Notes: a model not told the origin generated them from the letters alone. 20,000 nt of DNA from an uncultured virus (IMG/VR IMGVR_UViG_3300025018_000005) (IMGVR_UViG_3300025018_000005), one strand, 5' to 3'; positions 8,469 to 15,804 are shown, numbered from the stretch's first letter. Translations and numbers: made by a program.

Positions 8469-8777
8469 ATGAGTTTACTAGACAAGCGAGAAATGAGCTT
8501 GCAACATGAAATAGATGTGCAGGATGACGAAGATACGCGCTATCAACGGCTGGTGGGTAGAGTAGAGGGTTTAATTATTGACTGGGAGTACGATCAAATT
8601 GATGAGCTTATAGCTGAGCTTATTGATGATGGAGTTGTTGATTGTAGCTTTTCATTTTTCGAATACTTATCAGAAGTTGAAAGTGATTATACTGCGGCGG
8701 TTCTGATTAGGCAGGATGTTGAGAAGTATGCTGGGTATGTCGCTGATATGTTTTTTGGTTGTTTGACATTTAAGTAG
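8469..8777 (+). CDS. acidic hypothetical protein
   Basis: RBS AAGGAG; D/E-rich 102 aa. Confidence 0.8.
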   Translation: MSLLDKREMSLQHEIDVQDDEDTRYQRLVGRVEGLIIDWEYDQIDELIAELIDDGVVDCSFSFFEYLSEVESDYTAAVLIRQDVEKYAGYVADMFFGCLTFK

Positions 8778-8802
8778 ATTAGGATGGCAAAAGGAGAAAA
8801 GC

Positions 8803-9444
8803 ATGTTGACTTATGAAGAACGGGTAAAAGCAATATTGGCTAGTAGTTTAGTTCACAAAGAAACGCTTGTGGGCGGATTACAGAGATTGGTTGATGGTGA
8901 TTTATCGCATATTGGTGATGCTATCGCGAATGGGTATGAGATTGAATTCCGTGGTTTTCGTGGCGATTTGGGGGATGGTGGTAGCCATGACTTTTCAGGG
9001 GATGTTGATCGCTATCGGGTAAAAGGGAGGATGTTTGATTTAGGTGGGATCGAGATTCCAATGCCTGCTAAGATCGAGGATGTGGAAATTGGTGAGGAGT
9101 ATTGGTTTGCGGATTTAGTGTCAAATGATGTTGAGAGTGTAATGACTACAGAAGATCAAATAGAGTTGGCAAAAAAAGAAGCAACAGAAGCTGCTATAAA
9201 GCTTGAAAACCTTAAAAACGCTTATGCGTTAGAAACATGCCCATTTAATATTGGCGACATAGTGGATATGGTCGGCTGGAAACACAAAGGCGAGAAAATA
9301 AAGATAACATCAATATGCGCGCCACGGTTTTCGTACGATTTGCGTTGGAAGGTTTTCGGTGCAATTCTAAAAGCAGATGGGACAGTCGGTAAAAACTTCG
9401 CTGATTTTTCAGAAACAGACTATAGGGTAAGTAAGGGGGAATAG
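8803..9444 (+). CDS. hypothetical protein, possibly a fusion of two genes (second half from ATG 9142)
   Basis: RBS AAGGAG; the two halves differ in composition. Confidence 0.7.
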   Translation: MLTYEERVKAILASSLVHKETLVGGLQRLVDGDLSHIGDAIANGYEIEFRGFRGDLGDGGSHDFSGDVDRYRVKGRMFDLGGIEIPMPAKIEDVEIGEEYWFADLVSNDVESVMTTEDQIELAKKEATEAAIKLENLKNAYALETCPFNIGDIVDMVGWKHKGEKIKITSICAPRFSYDLRWKVFGAILKADGTVGKNFADFSETDYRVSKGE

Positions 9445-9446
9445 TT

Positions 9447-9599
9447 ATGCGGTACAAGGTAAAAGTAACAGAAAAACATTCTGCTATTGTTTTGGTTGAT
9501 GCTGAGTCAGCGGAAGAGGCTAAGGGTAAAGCAGTAGAAGAGGCTAACTGTGAATTTGAATCGGTTTACGATTCTGAAATTCTTGACGAGGAAGAATGA
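9447..9599 (+). CDS. small protein, DpnD/PcfM-like (50 aa)
   Basis: hand translation MRYKVKVTEKHSAIVLVDAESAEEAKGKA...; RBS AAGGGGG. Confidence 0.65.
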   Translation: MRYKVKVTEKHSAIVLVDAESAEEAKGKAVEEANCEFESVYDSEILDEEE

Positions 9600-9600
9600 C

Positions 9601-9927
9601 ATGGAAAAGTATCAGCATGAAAAAGGGCAATGGATTCATACAGGGGTGCAAGCAGATGATGAGCTATCCATCGATCTGTTTACAGAGTCTGAGTACAACA
9701 ACGAAGAAAACTATCAACTGTACTTTCACTCAAACTTAGGCAGTCTAACGATTCTTGATCGAATGACTGGCTTCGGCTTTCGAGATGTTGAAACTGGCTA
9801 TCGAGATCCAGATGGTAAGTTTTGGCTTGCAAGTGGTCAGCAAGATGTTTTATTGAGTAGCGCAAAGACTATTGGAGAGGCTATTGAATGGGTGAAGACC
9901 AATGCAAATACTTGCGTTGAGTGTTAA
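9601..9927 (+). CDS. hypothetical protein
   Basis: ATG 9601 after RBS GAGGA, directly after the previous stop. Confidence 0.75.
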   Translation: MEKYQHEKGQWIHTGVQADDELSIDLFTESEYNNEENYQLYFHSNLGSLTILDRMTGFGFRDVETGYRDPDGKFWLASGQQDVLLSSAKTIGEAIEWVKTNANTCVEC

Positions 9928-9948
9928 TTGATAATGGGGGATTGCGAT

Positions 9949-10179
9949 ATGAATACTTCTGAAAAAGTTGCTGTATTAATTGGGGTTGTTTTTTTTATTG
10001 TTATTGTTTTTCTTTCTTTTCTTATTTGCTTTTATTACGGAGAAGAAAAAGCAATAAAAAACTACATTAAAAACAATTGCACTGAAACAAAAATAGTTGA
10101 CGCGATTGGATCGCCTATGTATGATTGTTCTGGAATTGAATTGAAAGGGTTAGATTATGAATCAAAAAGAATTGAATGA
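9949..10179 (+). CDS. single-pass membrane protein
   Basis: hydrophobic VAVLIGVVFFIVIVFLSFLICFYY segment. Confidence 0.65.
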   Translation: MNTSEKVAVLIGVVFFIVIVFLSFLICFYYGEEKAIKNYIKNNCTETKIVDAIGSPMYDCSGIELKGLDYESKRIE

Positions 10180-10621
10180 GATATTAGATCTTCACAAAAA
10201 ATGGGTGAATAATGATGGTGGTCAACGTGCTATTTTGAGTGGTGTTGATTTGAGTTATGTTGATTTTAGTAATGCTGATTTAAGTGGTGCTGATTTAAGT
10301 AATGCTAATTTTACTAATGCTAATTTGACTAATGCTAATTTTTATCGTACTAGTTTGACTAATGCTATTTTGACTAATGTTTATTTGCGGAATTGCGTAG
10401 GTAATTCAACAAATATTAAAACGTTGTTTATTTTCGATGAGTACAATATTTCATATACAAAAGATTTACTTCAAATTGGATGTGAGCTTCATAAAATAGA
10501 GGAATGGTGGTGTTTTGACAATAATATGATTCTAGAAATGGATGGAAAAGAAGCACTCAAATTTTGGCGTAAAAATAAAGAAACTATCAAAGAAATAATA
10601 AAAAATAATCCAGCTTATTAA
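10157..10621 (+). CDS. pentapeptide repeat protein (copy 1)
   Basis: A(D/N)LxX repeats; N-terminal EILDLHKKW..GQRA; C-terminal LQIGC..H...W domain. Confidence 0.92.
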   Translation: MNQKELNEILDLHKKWVNNDGGQRAILSGVDLSYVDFSNADLSGADLSNANFTNANLTNANFYRTSLTNAILTNVYLRNCVGNSTNIKTLFIFDEYNISYTKDLLQIGCELHKIEEWWCFDNNMILEMDGKEALKFWRKNKETIKEIIKNNPAY

Positions 10622-10673
10622 AGTAGTAGGCATGATTGTTCTTGAATTGAATTGAATTGGAGTGGCGTAGCTT

Positions 10674-11096
10674 ATGACACGTATTAACTGTGTTCCAGTA
10701 GAGACATTAACAAACAAGCATCTTATGGCTGAGTATAAAGAGATTACAAGGCCATTCAATAAGGTGCTTGATCGCATCGAAAAGTATGGTATTGAAAATG
10801 CTTTGGCAGGCGTTGTAATAGCAGACAACTATATTCTCGGAAAAGGGCACGAGTCATTTTTCTTTAACAAATTAAAGTGGCTGTTTCATCGTCATAATTC
10901 TGTGTTTGATGAGTGCGTGAAGCGTGGCTTTGACGTTGATCAGGAGAAGTTCTGCAAGATTAGTGGTAGCTTTGTTCGGCGATTATGGGAGACAAAATAC
11001 TGGAATCAATGGCAGCCAACACCTGAAGACATGTATGTCAATATGGCAAGGTTATGCCATCGCCATTTTGGGGAAAAGGTAGATTCTTTTAAATAG
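10674..11096 (+). CDS. denV: pyrimidine dimer DNA glycosylase / endonuclease V
   Basis: MTRIN.VPV..LT.KHL.AEY.EI.R.F, Y.LG.GH..FFF.KL..L..R, RGF and W.PT motifs matching T4 DenV. Confidence 0.92.
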   Translation: MTRINCVPVETLTNKHLMAEYKEITRPFNKVLDRIEKYGIENALAGVVIADNYILGKGHESFFFNKLKWLFHRHNSVFDECVKRGFDVDQEKFCKISGSFVRRLWETKYWNQWQPTPEDMYVNMARLCHRHFGEKVDSFK

Positions 11097-11392
11097 GGTT
11101 AAGTGCTTGATATGGATTTTGGGTAAAAGCACCTATAGATGTTGATAAGTGTAGGTAATAGGCTTTGTAATTTTGGGAAAAAGGCAAAAGTTAAAAGGTG
11201 CAAGCATGTTAAATTTAGATGCAAGCAATGTTTTTTCGGGGAAAAGCAATATTTCAGCCAATGAGCAGTAGGTGTACATAAGGTTGGTTTGTCGTTGGGC
11301 TTGGCTTTTGGTTGGCTGTTTTCTGGTTGTTTCCTGGTCGACTGGCGATTGTTTGCTTTGAATGGTGGCTTTTTATGAGTGAAAAAAAATAG

Positions 11393-11485
11393 TTGACAAC
11401 GGTTTTAAATAGCTTTATTGTATAGGCGTCAATTAAGACAAAATTTAAAAGGTGAGATTATGTTTAAACTTAACGAGCAACAAAT
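11393..11485 (+). repeat. promoter + RBS + first ~9 codons cassette (copy 1)
   Basis: TTGACA-17bp-TATTGT...aggtgagatt ATG TTT AAA CTT AAC GAG CAA CAA AT; near-identical to 13442-13533. Confidence 0.9.
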
Positions 11486-11975
11486 CAAATTGGCAGAATA
11501 TTTAAAATTAATTAATGTAAATTATTCAGTGCGTTATGCTTCAAATAACGAGCATGATAACGAATGGCCTAGCGACTTGTGGCGCGCCTCTTTTGGAAAA
11601 AAATCGTTTAATTTTAATACCGGTTTAGGTCACCGTGTAACGGTATCTGGTAGAGTACAATCCGCAGGCAAAAAGTATTTTGATCTTATTGGCGGATTTA
11701 ATAGCGATGTTTTCCACGTTATTGGCGGTGTAAGTCCAACTAAAAAAATGGCGGCAATTGCGCCACAAGCGGCTGATGTTCTTTATTGTTTATTACTTGA
11801 TATGCAAGCGCACGATTATAGCTTTGAAGGTTGGTGCGGCGACCTTGGTTATGATACTGATTCACGCAAAGCAAAATTAATTTATAAAGCTTGCAATCAA
11901 ATCTATTTTGACATGGTTTCTGTTTTTACAAGTGAACAAATTGAAACATTAAACGAACTATTACAGGACTATTAA
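11460..11975 (+). CDS. conserved hypothetical early phage protein
   Basis: RBS AGGTG before ATG 11460; P..ADVLYCL..D.....SFE.WC.DLGYD.DSRKA..IY.AC motif. Confidence 0.8.
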   Translation: MFKLNEQQIKLAEYLKLINVNYSVRYASNNEHDNEWPSDLWRASFGKKSFNFNTGLGHRVTVSGRVQSAGKKYFDLIGGFNSDVFHVIGGVSPTKKMAAIAPQAADVLYCLLLDMQAHDYSFEGWCGDLGYDTDSRKAKLIYKACNQIYFDMVSVFTSEQIETLNELLQDY

Positions 11976-11976
11976 A

Positions 11977-12093
11977 ATGAAAATGATTAAAACCGAAAAA
12001 GGTCAAAAACTTGATAAACGTGAACGTGTTGAAGCTTATAAAGAGCGGAAACAACGTGGCGAACGTCGAGCACTAAAGCGTATTTATTGTTAA
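11977..12093 (+). CDS. small Arg/Lys-rich peptide (38 aa)
   Basis: hand translation MKMIKTEKGQKLDKRERVEAYKERKQRGERRALKRIYC; RBS AGGA. Confidence 0.6.
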   Translation: MKMIKTEKGQKLDKRERVEAYKERKQRGERRALKRIYC

Positions 12094-12099
12094 TTTGTG

Positions 12100-12135
12100 G
12101 GTTGTATTGTTGGTTGTATTGTTGGTTGTATTATG
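12100..12135 (+). repeat. 12-bp tandem repeat x3
   Basis: GGTTGTATTGTT GGTTGTATTGTT GGTTGTATTATG. Confidence 0.85.
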
Positions 12136-12145
12136 GGGGTAATTA

Positions 12146-12259
12146 ATGAAGTTTCTAGTTATTTTGGCGGTCATGGCTTTAGTGTTTGGGGTTGATCTGG
12201 TTTCCGGTTTGATTTTCATAGCTGTTTGCTTCGCTGGAATTGTAACCGGTAAGATTTAA
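12146..12259 (+). CDS. small hydrophobic membrane peptide (37 aa)
   Basis: MKFLVILAVMALVFGVDLVSGLIFIAVCFAGIVTGKI; RBS GGGGGT; followed by a terminator. Confidence 0.55.
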   Translation: MKFLVILAVMALVFGVDLVSGLIFIAVCFAGIVTGKI

Positions 12260-12265
12260 ATGGAT

Positions 12266-12295
12266 AGGGCGTTATTAAGGTGACGCCTTTTTTTT
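12266..12295 (+). terminator. intrinsic terminator
   Basis: AGGGCGTTA...TGACGCCTT followed by a T-run. Confidence 0.75.
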
Positions 12296-12427
12296 GGAGT
12301 AAAGAAGATGAAATTTGCAATTGATTTTTGCGCGTGCTTTCTGTTTATTTGCGCGTGGCTTGGCTTGTTTACTATTGCGCGTGTTTTTGGTTTAGTAAGT
12401 ATTTTTGGTTTTTCTTTTTGTTGTGTG

Positions 12428-12456
12428 TTGACATTGGCAATTTTGTTAGGCATAGT
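12428..12456 (+). promoter_or_regulatory. sigma70-like promoter
   Basis: TTGACA-17bp-CATAGT. Confidence 0.55.
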
Positions 12457-12504
12457 TCTGTTTGTTGGCAGTAAGATTAAAAAATAGATTGAATTAACTG
12501 AAAT

Positions 12505-12852
12505 GTGAATGAAATGAAATACATCCTTGAACGGCATACATACGCGCCGGAAATGAATAAAATTCATTTTTTGAAAGGCGGGGAAATTCTAGTTAGTGGA
12601 ATTACTAGCTTAAAAGAAGTGCGTGAAAAGCTTTTCAAGCCGCGCAAAAAGGGCTTGTATTGTGTGTGCGAAAGCGTTTATGATTCTAGCGAGTGGCGTT
12701 CACTGCATAGAGTAGTTGCTAGTGGGTATTGTAATTCTAGAAAAGAGGCGCTAGATTTTTGTAATAGCAAGTTCAAGCAAGCTGGCGGACCGCTGATTGA
12801 CGGTAGTGTATTACCACCGAACAAATTAAAATTCACTTTTAAATACTTTTAA
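12505..12852 (+). CDS. hypothetical protein
   Basis: 115-aa ORF downstream of a promoter; start uncertain (12505 or 12514). Confidence 0.65.
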   Translation: MNEMKYILERHTYAPEMNKIHFLKGGEILVSGITSLKEVREKLFKPRKKGLYCVCESVYDSSEWRSLHRVVASGYCNSRKEALDFCNSKFKQAGGPLIDGSVLPPNKLKFTFKYF

Positions 12853-12931
12853 ATACTTTTAAATATTGGGGCTTTATCATGTAAAACACAATTCGAATTG
12901 AAACGTTTAACCCTATTTTGTTTTAAGGGTA

Positions 12932-12960
12932 TTGACACTGGTTTGAAATAGCTTTATTGT
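12932..12960 (+). promoter_or_regulatory. early promoter of the same family as 11393 and 13441
   Basis: TTGACA-CTGGTTTGAAATAGCTT-TATTGT; spacer nearly identical to the 11393 promoter. Confidence 0.75.
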
Positions 12961-13000
12961 TTTGGTGTTGTTTAAATTTAAATTAATTGAGGGTTAGATT

Positions 13001-13435
13001 ATGAATCAAAAAGAATTGAATGAGATATTAGAGCTTCATAAGAAATGGCTAAATAATGATGGTGGTAAGCGTGCTGATTTTACTGATGCTAATTTGACTG
13101 GTGTCAGATTGGCTGATGCTAATTTGAGTCATGCTGATTTGACTGATGCTATTTTGACTGATGCTGATTTGACTTATGCTAATTTGACTGGTGCTAATTT
13201 AAGTAATTGTATAGGTAATTCAAAAAATATCAAAACGTTGTTTATTTTTGATGAATACAACATTTCGTATACAAAAGATTCACTTCAAATAGGGTGCCAA
13301 AATCACCGGATAGAGAATTGGTTTGGATTTAATGATAATAGAATTTTAGAAATGGATGGAAAAAAAGCGCTAAAATTCTGGCGTAAAAATAAAGAAAATA
13401 TTAGATCAATAATAAAAAATAATCCAGCTGATTAA
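13001..13435 (+). CDS. pentapeptide repeat protein (copy 2)
   Basis: paralogue of 10157..10621 with an identical start context (gggttagatt ATG AAT CAA AAA GAA TTG AAT GAG ATA TTA GA), 10 aa shorter. Confidence 0.92.
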   Translation: MNQKELNEILELHKKWLNNDGGKRADFTDANLTGVRLADANLSHADLTDAILTDADLTYANLTGANLSNCIGNSKNIKTLFIFDEYNISYTKDSLQIGCQNHRIENWFGFNDNRILEMDGKKALKFWRKNKENIRSIIKNNPAD

Positions 13436-13441
13436 TGTTGC

Positions 13442-13533
13442 TGACAACGGTTTAAATTGGGTTTATTGTATAGGCGTCAATTAAGACAAAATTTAAGAGG
13501 TGAGATTATGTTTAAACTTAACGAGCAACAAAT
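13442..13533 (+). repeat. promoter + RBS + first ~9 codons cassette (copy 2)
   Basis: near-identical to 11394-11485; -35 is CTGACA. Confidence 0.9.
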
Positions 13534-13693
13534 AAAAGTAGTTTTGGTGCCAAGCGCAAAAGAGCGTGCCGAAAAGTTCGGAGGAAAGCCAAGTGACTAT
13601 ATAAAGCTGTTTACTGCGCATGCTAAATGTCAGATTGAAAACCGTGAAAAAGAAACAATAGAGCTTATAAATAGAGTTTATAAAAAAAGGTGA
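13508..13693 (+). CDS. hypothetical protein (61 aa) sharing MFKLNEQQIK with the 11460 ORF
   Basis: RBS GAGGTG. Confidence 0.7.
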   Translation: MFKLNEQQIKVVLVPSAKERAEKFGGKPSDYIKLFTAHAKCQIENREKETIELINRVYKKR

Positions 13694-13697
13694 GATC

Positions 13698-13868
13698 ATG
13701 ACAATTGACAAATTTGTGGATCGTTTTAATAGCAAAAAAGTTTGGCTTGTTAAACGTAGTAATTGTGGGCATTATTGGCTATCGTGTGAAGTTGCTGGAA
13801 TTGTCGTTAGTGGCTGGCAACGTGTTAGTTTGAAATGGGTTTTAAATGTTGTAGCGGGTGAATTATGA
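13698..13868 (+). CDS. hypothetical protein (56 aa, MTIDKFVDRFNSKKVWLVKRSNCGHYW...)
   Basis: translated by hand; RBS AGGTG. Confidence 0.65.
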   Translation: MTIDKFVDRFNSKKVWLVKRSNCGHYWLSCEVAGIVVSGWQRVSLKWVLNVVAGEL

Positions 13869-14015
13869 TCTATCAAAGCGAATTGAGAGAAGTGGTAAAC
13901 ACGGTAAACGGTAAAACGCGCTACTACGTGAGAAATGTAGGTTTGGTATTGACACGGGTGTTGTGTGCGGGTGTTGTGTTTGTGTAGTTTGAATTAATTG
14001 AATAAGGGTTTTAAA

Positions 14016-14303
14016 ATGAAAATAGCGGATATAAAGAAAGCGCTGGATATGATAAACGGTAAACCTGTTTTAGTTTCTGGTAGATCTGGCAATATAGCTT
14101 TAATTGTCAATGAATCAGAGAATATAGGGTATGATATAGCGTTCTCATCTCAAAGTAGCTTAAAGATCGTAAAGTTTAAGCGTGAACCTTATCAATGTTT
14201 TGAAATTATGACCGGTTACGAGCGATTGACATTAAAACAAGGTCAATTTGCTAGAGCTGAATTAATAAAGCGTTTTATTCCAGAGCTGGAATATACTTTA
14301 TAA
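14016..14303 (+). CDS. hypothetical protein
   Basis: RBS AAGGG before ATG 14016. Confidence 0.7.
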   Translation: MKIADIKKALDMINGKPVLVSGRSGNIALIVNESENIGYDIAFSSQSSLKIVKFKREPYQCFEIMTGYERLTLKQGQFARAELIKRFIPELEYTL

Positions 14304-14314
14304 AGGGGTTTAAA

Positions 14315-14542
14315 ATGACTGTATTAATTGGGTGCACTTTGCGCAATGGTCGCAAAATAGTAAAGCAAATGACATTAACAAAAGAGCAAGTTGAAATCCT
14401 GGTTGTCGATGCTTTTCAGAATGATGTTTCAAAAGCTTTCAATTGTTTTCCAACGCTAAAGCAAGGGAATACATTTAAATTCAAGTGGCGTGATCATGGT
14501 GTGACTCTATCGCCGTTGAACGGTCATATTGATAATTATTAA
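14315..14542 (+). CDS. hypothetical protein
   Basis: RBS AAGGGG; last gene of the + strand run. Confidence 0.7.
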   Translation: MTVLIGCTLRNGRKIVKQMTLTKEQVEILVVDAFQNDVSKAFNCFPTLKQGNTFKFKWRDHGVTLSPLNGHIDNY

Positions 14543-14554
14543 TGGTAATTGAAC

Positions 14555-14579
14555 AGGGTACTAATCAGTGCCCTTTTTT
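14555..14579 (+). terminator. intrinsic terminator
   Basis: AGGGTACT-aatc-AGTGCCCT followed by a T-run. Confidence 0.8.
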
Positions 14580-14793
14580 GGTGCGTGTTATATTAGATAG
14601 ATTGAATATAAACGGATATTGATATAGTTGTAAATGATATAGTGTATCATTTTCCCCTTTTCGTAATAGGGGTAGGCTATTAAGACGATAGTTTTAGTCT
14701 ATTATGACGGAAAACACGCAAAGCCCGACCTAGATTATTTATCCTGGTTCTTGTCCGACCATTCAACTTTTTACACTTTGTTACAAATATTAT

Positions 14794-14822
14794 TTGACTC
14801 ACTTAAATAATATAGCTATAGT
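14794..14822 (+). promoter_or_regulatory. sigma70-like promoter
   Basis: TTGACT-17bp-TATAGT. Confidence 0.7.
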
Positions 14823-14856
14823 TCGTTCATCAACTCACTAGATAGGAACTACCATC

Positions 14857-14979
14857 ATGATCAAGTCACTTCTCAAGCTAGCATTGTTACCGATTAAATT
14901 AGTTTGGATTCTTGTTTCTTACAACTGGTATATGACTTACGCAATTGGCATGATCTACACTGCTTTGCAGTACTTTTGA
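14857..14979 (+). CDS. small hydrophobic membrane peptide (40 aa)
   Basis: MIKSLLKLALLPIKLVWILVSYNWYMTYAIGMIYTALQYF; has its own promoter, RBS AGGA and terminator. Confidence 0.65.
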   Translation: MIKSLLKLALLPIKLVWILVSYNWYMTYAIGMIYTALQYF

Positions 14980-14992
14980 GCCTTCCAACTAT

Positions 14993-15014
14993 AAAGCCAT
15001 TCGGGCTTTTTTTT
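14993..15014 (+). terminator. intrinsic terminator
   Basis: AAAGCC-attcg-GGCTTT followed by a T-run. Confidence 0.7.
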
Positions 15015-15308
15015 CGTCCCTAGTTCGTACTATAGTGCGAGATACTTTGCGCACTAAATATTGCGTTTAACGCAACAATAATTCACTCCCATTCTAATAA
15101 TACCAATGTAATACCATTCTACTGCCTAGCCTATACTATACCGCACTCATTCCAACCATTCACGCCAGCCTATATCGCCTCACGACGGCCTTTCTATACC
15201 TATCACGTACTAGGGTATAGCTTCAATGCATCGCAGCGCATACGGCTTTCTATGGTGTCCTAGCTTCAGCGCCATAGCACAACACCAACCAAATGTCAAG
15301 CTAGCCAA

Positions 15309-15326
15309 TGTAAACCTATCTTTACA
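15309..15326. promoter_or_regulatory. TyrR box consensus match
   Basis: TGTAAA-CCTATC-TTTACA = TGTAAA-N6-TTTACA. Confidence 0.5.
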
Positions 15327-15405
15327 GTTAGTGTCGTACGTTGTCATTATGACAGGGTATGCAAATTTGCATAGGCTATATTCATTTGTTCATGGCTATG
15401 GATTA

Positions 15406-15666
15406 CTGGTCGGATATACAGTATTTCAGCATAGACTATTCTAAGTTGTATTACTGGATAGGCATACAGTGTTCTAGCTTGGATTATTATGGGGTGGATT
15501 ATGGGTGGATATACAGTGTTCTAGCTTGGATTAGTCTTGGTTGGACTATTGGATATGTATACAGTATTGACACGTTTGTATGCCATATCTGTACACTTAA
15601 ACAGTGTATGGATATACAGTATTCAATCTCAATTATTCCAAGTTGGACTACTGTATTGATATACAG
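15406..15666. repeat. ~48-bp degenerate tandem array carrying LexA (SOS) boxes
   Basis: CTG(T/G)-N8-ACAG at 15406, 15454, 15589, 15651; degenerate copies with one mismatch to that pattern at 15501, 15549, 15604; exact 23-mer ATACAGTGTTCTAGCTTGGATTA at 15464 and 15511. Confidence 0.8.
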
Positions 15667-15672
15667 AATGGC

Positions 15673-15779
15673 TGTGGATATCCTGTGGATAACCAGGCTT
15701 TACACTGTGGATAACTTGTTAGTATCTTGTGGGTATCTTGTGGATAACTTCGTCGATCCTGTGGATATCCTGTGGATAA
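15673..15779 (-). repeat. phased array of DnaA boxes
   Basis: TGTGGATAA (reverse complement TTATCCACA) at 15684, 15706, 15739, 15771; variants at 15673, 15728, 15760; ~11-bp period. Confidence 0.88.
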
Positions 15780-15804
15780 GTACCCCGCCTACACCCCCTT
15801 TTGA

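Noticed and set aside
12308..12487. 59-aa hydrophobic + strand ORF (MKFAIDFCAC...)
   Set aside because: It lies between a terminator and the next gene and runs across a promoter in G/T-rich DNA, so it is probably a compositional artefact, though not excluded
1262..13735. Minus-strand ORFs overlapping the + strand genes (e.g. 1262-1678, 4910-5191, 6770-7084, 12256-12567)
   Set aside because: They are antisense shadows of better-supported genes or of biased intergenic DNA
15400..15670. CRISPR array
   Set aside because: The repeats are degenerate, the linkers share motifs rather than being unique spacers, the ~48-bp period is too short, and no cas genes are present
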